Part shown: positions 61,080 through 64,000 of the stretch, in pieces | Layout: each line of letters starts with the position of its first letter | How positions within the stretch are numbered: the stretch's first letter is position 1 | Assembly: GCA_964016885.1 (NCBI GenBank) | Contig: OZ024741.1 | Span: 119,846,001-119,910,000, forward strand | Length of the DNA stretch: 64,000 nucleotides | DNA from: Eledone cirrhosa | Taxonomy: Eukaryota | Direction: 5' to 3' | Program-made: the position numbers and the translations under genes | Notes under the pieces: generated by a model | Databases searched by the model: none | What the model was told of the DNA's origin: nothing | What the model saw: the letters and a program-made list of their open reading frames with translations, nothing else

Positions 61080-61963
61080 AAATAACAGATTAAAGTTTAA
61101 GCAAAGAATCGCTGCTTTCACCCTTATATATTTATAAACATTAACTAGCAAATGGCATGTAACAGGAATCTGTTGGCTATATTGTTAGTGTAAATAGTTT
61201 TAGAAATGTGAGTGAACCAGCTCTTTTCCTGATCTTCACATCCGAAATAAAGTTTATAACACTTTTGTTTGATATCAATTTATGTTACTGGGATTTTAAA
61301 GATTGATCATCACATAAATAACATTAGAACAGACAGTTCCACGGAAAAATAAGGCTGAAGATGAATAAAATGCTGGTATAGAATCCATAGAGCGTAACAC
61401 ACTAGCTATTAACACTGTTGCATTTGCAAGCAGACTGGCTTAGTGCTGCTCTTCACAGAAACAACTTGTCCATATCTGACCAGATCAAAACGTTTCCACA
61501 TGCATAGGAGTAATCTGTAAATTTCATTTCATTCCATACCTGTAACCAAAGGTTCCAAACTTAACTATCCCACCTTTCCTTGTTCGCACAGAGTGTGTCT
61601 AGGACTACGCTAACTGTTTTATATATTTTAAAGTTGACAATCCGTTCTGGGAGGAAATTTGGCTGCTATTTCTAACACGATGAGCTACCATATAGCCTAT
61701 CAATTCCTCAGTGAACTAAAGCTCTGAGAGAAATATGTCCATGTTATTTATCATGGCATTTTGTTAACATAACCTTTACATTGAATATGAAATACTAATA
61801 ATGCTTGATTGTGTGTGCAATTACTTAATTAGTCGATAATGAAAACGGATAACTATATATATATATATATATATAAATGAGAGGTATAGAGATTGTTTTA
61901 GCAAGAAGCTAACGGCATTCTATAACATATATGCGACTATAACGTCAAGATGGGAAAAGTAGT

Positions 61964-62000
<37 letters not shown>

Positions 62001-62042
62001 GGGGGGGGGTTAAAGAGGGGGGAGTAGACAGATAGATAGATA

Positions 62043-63290
62043 TCTTTATTTGCCACAAGGGCGCATAAGGAATGGGACATTTCAAGATGTGACAGTGGGG
62101 GTTTTACAATAAATCGTGTAAATAAATTAAACAATTATAAATAAACAATCAAAATCCCCAATATGGGGAAATGTTACTGCGATGTTGCTTTACACCTCGT
62201 AGATAGAACAACTCTCAACACCAGGAGCACGTTTTGTAGGTCTTCCTGTCTATTCACTCGGGCCATTTTCGCCACATTCACCCACCTTTCAGCGAATTTA
62301 CTGGGGTGTAGCACCTCTCTCTCCTCTCTCACCCTTCTTTTGAAGTGGTATTTAAAGAAGGGGATGAGGTGTTGTCCGGACAGGAAAGTGTTTGCCCTCA
62401 ATCCTTTTCACCTCGTCCACCATATTACCTCTTTCGCCATAGCCATCAGACAGAGGAAAACCGCCTCACCTTCATTCTTAAATGATGGCGGCGGGGTGTT
62501 CCTCGTGATGGACTCAGCTGACAACTGGATGCGTCCCACACGTGACACTAGCTGTTCGACATAATTCCACAGGTCGGTCATCTGAGCACAATTGCGTGCA
62601 GAACAGTTTCGATGTCCTGCTTGCGTCTAGGACAGGTCATTTTGGCAGGGTACCTGCCAGGGCGTCCGTGCCTGTAGATTTTGTCTCGAACTGGTAGAGC
62701 TCCTCGGTAGCACTGCCAGGCCAGAGACCTCTGGAAGTTATCCATAGGCCCCGGACGGAAAGTCCTCCCGAACAGACTGGCCTATTTGATGCCTAGAGTC
62801 TCCCCGAGAATGTCATCGCACTTATCCTCCACTAATCCCCTATAGAATGTCAAAGTGGAGTCTCCGCTGATTGCCGTTTCCGCTTGGTAGAGGGCTGTGA
62901 GCGGCTGAAGACTACAGCTTTGTTAACGAGATGAGTTGTGGAAAAGCTCGTCTCACAAACGACAACCACACCGGTTCACAGGTCAGGAATACCTGGAGAT
63001 GGCGTAGCCTCAGCACGCGTTTGCACATCAGCAGCCATGGCATGCCCAGCCCTCCGTTAGAAGAGGTGTTGACAGCAGATGGATCTCCTCACCAATGGAA
63101 CCTGTTTCTTCCAAAGGAACTTGAAGAAAAGATGCTCCATTTTTCTGGAGTGATCGCGGAGACAAGGCACGACAGTCAATCGGTAGTAGATGACGGACGC
63201 TATGTAATCCCCCCTTCTGGGTGAGTCCAAACACCTTCGCCGTGACCTCGTTCCTGGAGGTCTGGACCAAACCATTGTTGTAACTATCAA
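62043..63290 (-). pseudogene. Old 5'-truncated Tx1-like fragment (ORF2 C-terminal third + 3'UTR)
   Basis: YIASVIYYRLTVVPC, RRSICCQH, FFKYHFKRRVREEREVL..FAERWV are homologous to ORF2 41282..44701; 3' end CCCTTGTGGCAAATAAAGA. Confidence 0.85.
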
Positions 63291-63477
63291 TTATCTTTAA
63301 CGTACTGGCTGCTGAACTGGGGAATCCTAAAAACTATTCAAATCCAACATCATCAGAGCATGTTAACCCCCCGCCCATCCTCGCTGACTTGAGACGGCGT
63401 GCGGTATTTTTGCACTGGAGTGTAGGGAGATGCCTGAAAAGATAAAATGCCGGTATACCAGCCGTACGGGCCAGCTA

Positions 63478-63778
<301 letters not shown>

Positions 63779-63835
63779 GTGGGAAAGTAAAAAATCGGAG
63801 AATAGACCGTTAAAACATGTTTATTTAAAACAGCA

Positions 63836-63872
63836 ACTACGTACGTTTCGCCCAGTTGGGCTTCTCAAGGGC
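63836..63872 (-). ncRNA. Hammerhead core, U3-A8 variant, weak stem I
   Basis: Minus strand TTGAGAA-GCCC AACT GGGC-GAAA-C GTAC G-TA; flank CCGTTAAAACAT resembles 59885-59896. Confidence 0.55.
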
Positions 63873-64000
63873 ATAAATAATCACAAGTGTTCCTTATATT
63901 GCTCGGAAAGAGTTTTTGGGGTTAAATCCACATCAAGGTTCATTGCTCGCAATGTGTGTGTGTGTGTACGTACTGAATGTATGGATGTGTAAGTGTGCGT

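Overview
Eukaryotic, gene-free, repeat-only window; no host protein-coding gene is supported. The organism is probably an invertebrate, possibly an octopod cephalopod (weak inference from the repeat landscape). (1) 1-19887 is an AT-rich TYGATATC/TATATC/TATATG satellite with kb-scale higher-order repeats. It carries three copies of a ~400 bp highly structured cassette, each with a minimal type-I hammerhead ribozyme; a diverged, covarying copy of that cassette lies at ~60.4-60.7 kb. (2) 19888-55168 is one nested block inside the satellite, which resumes in phase at 55169. A decayed CR1-type LINE ends in an (ATT)n tail, and into that tail are stacked eight more non-LTR retrotransposons, each bounded by (TTA)n tracts: five copies of one R4/Dong-like RLE family and one copy of a second R4 family (all minus strand), and two Tx1/L1-like APE elements (both plus strand). 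The two Tx1 elements share ORF2 but have different 5'UTR/ORF1 modules, and the long R4 copies appear to carry a Tx1-type 5' leader. (3) 55.2-64 kb holds microsatellites, palindromic Penelope-type fragments with further hammerhead cores and an old Tx1 fragment. Best candidates for novelty: the hammerhead-punctuated satellite, and the (TTA)n-seeded multi-clade retrotransposon stack with apparent 5' module exchange. All alignments and folds were done by eye.
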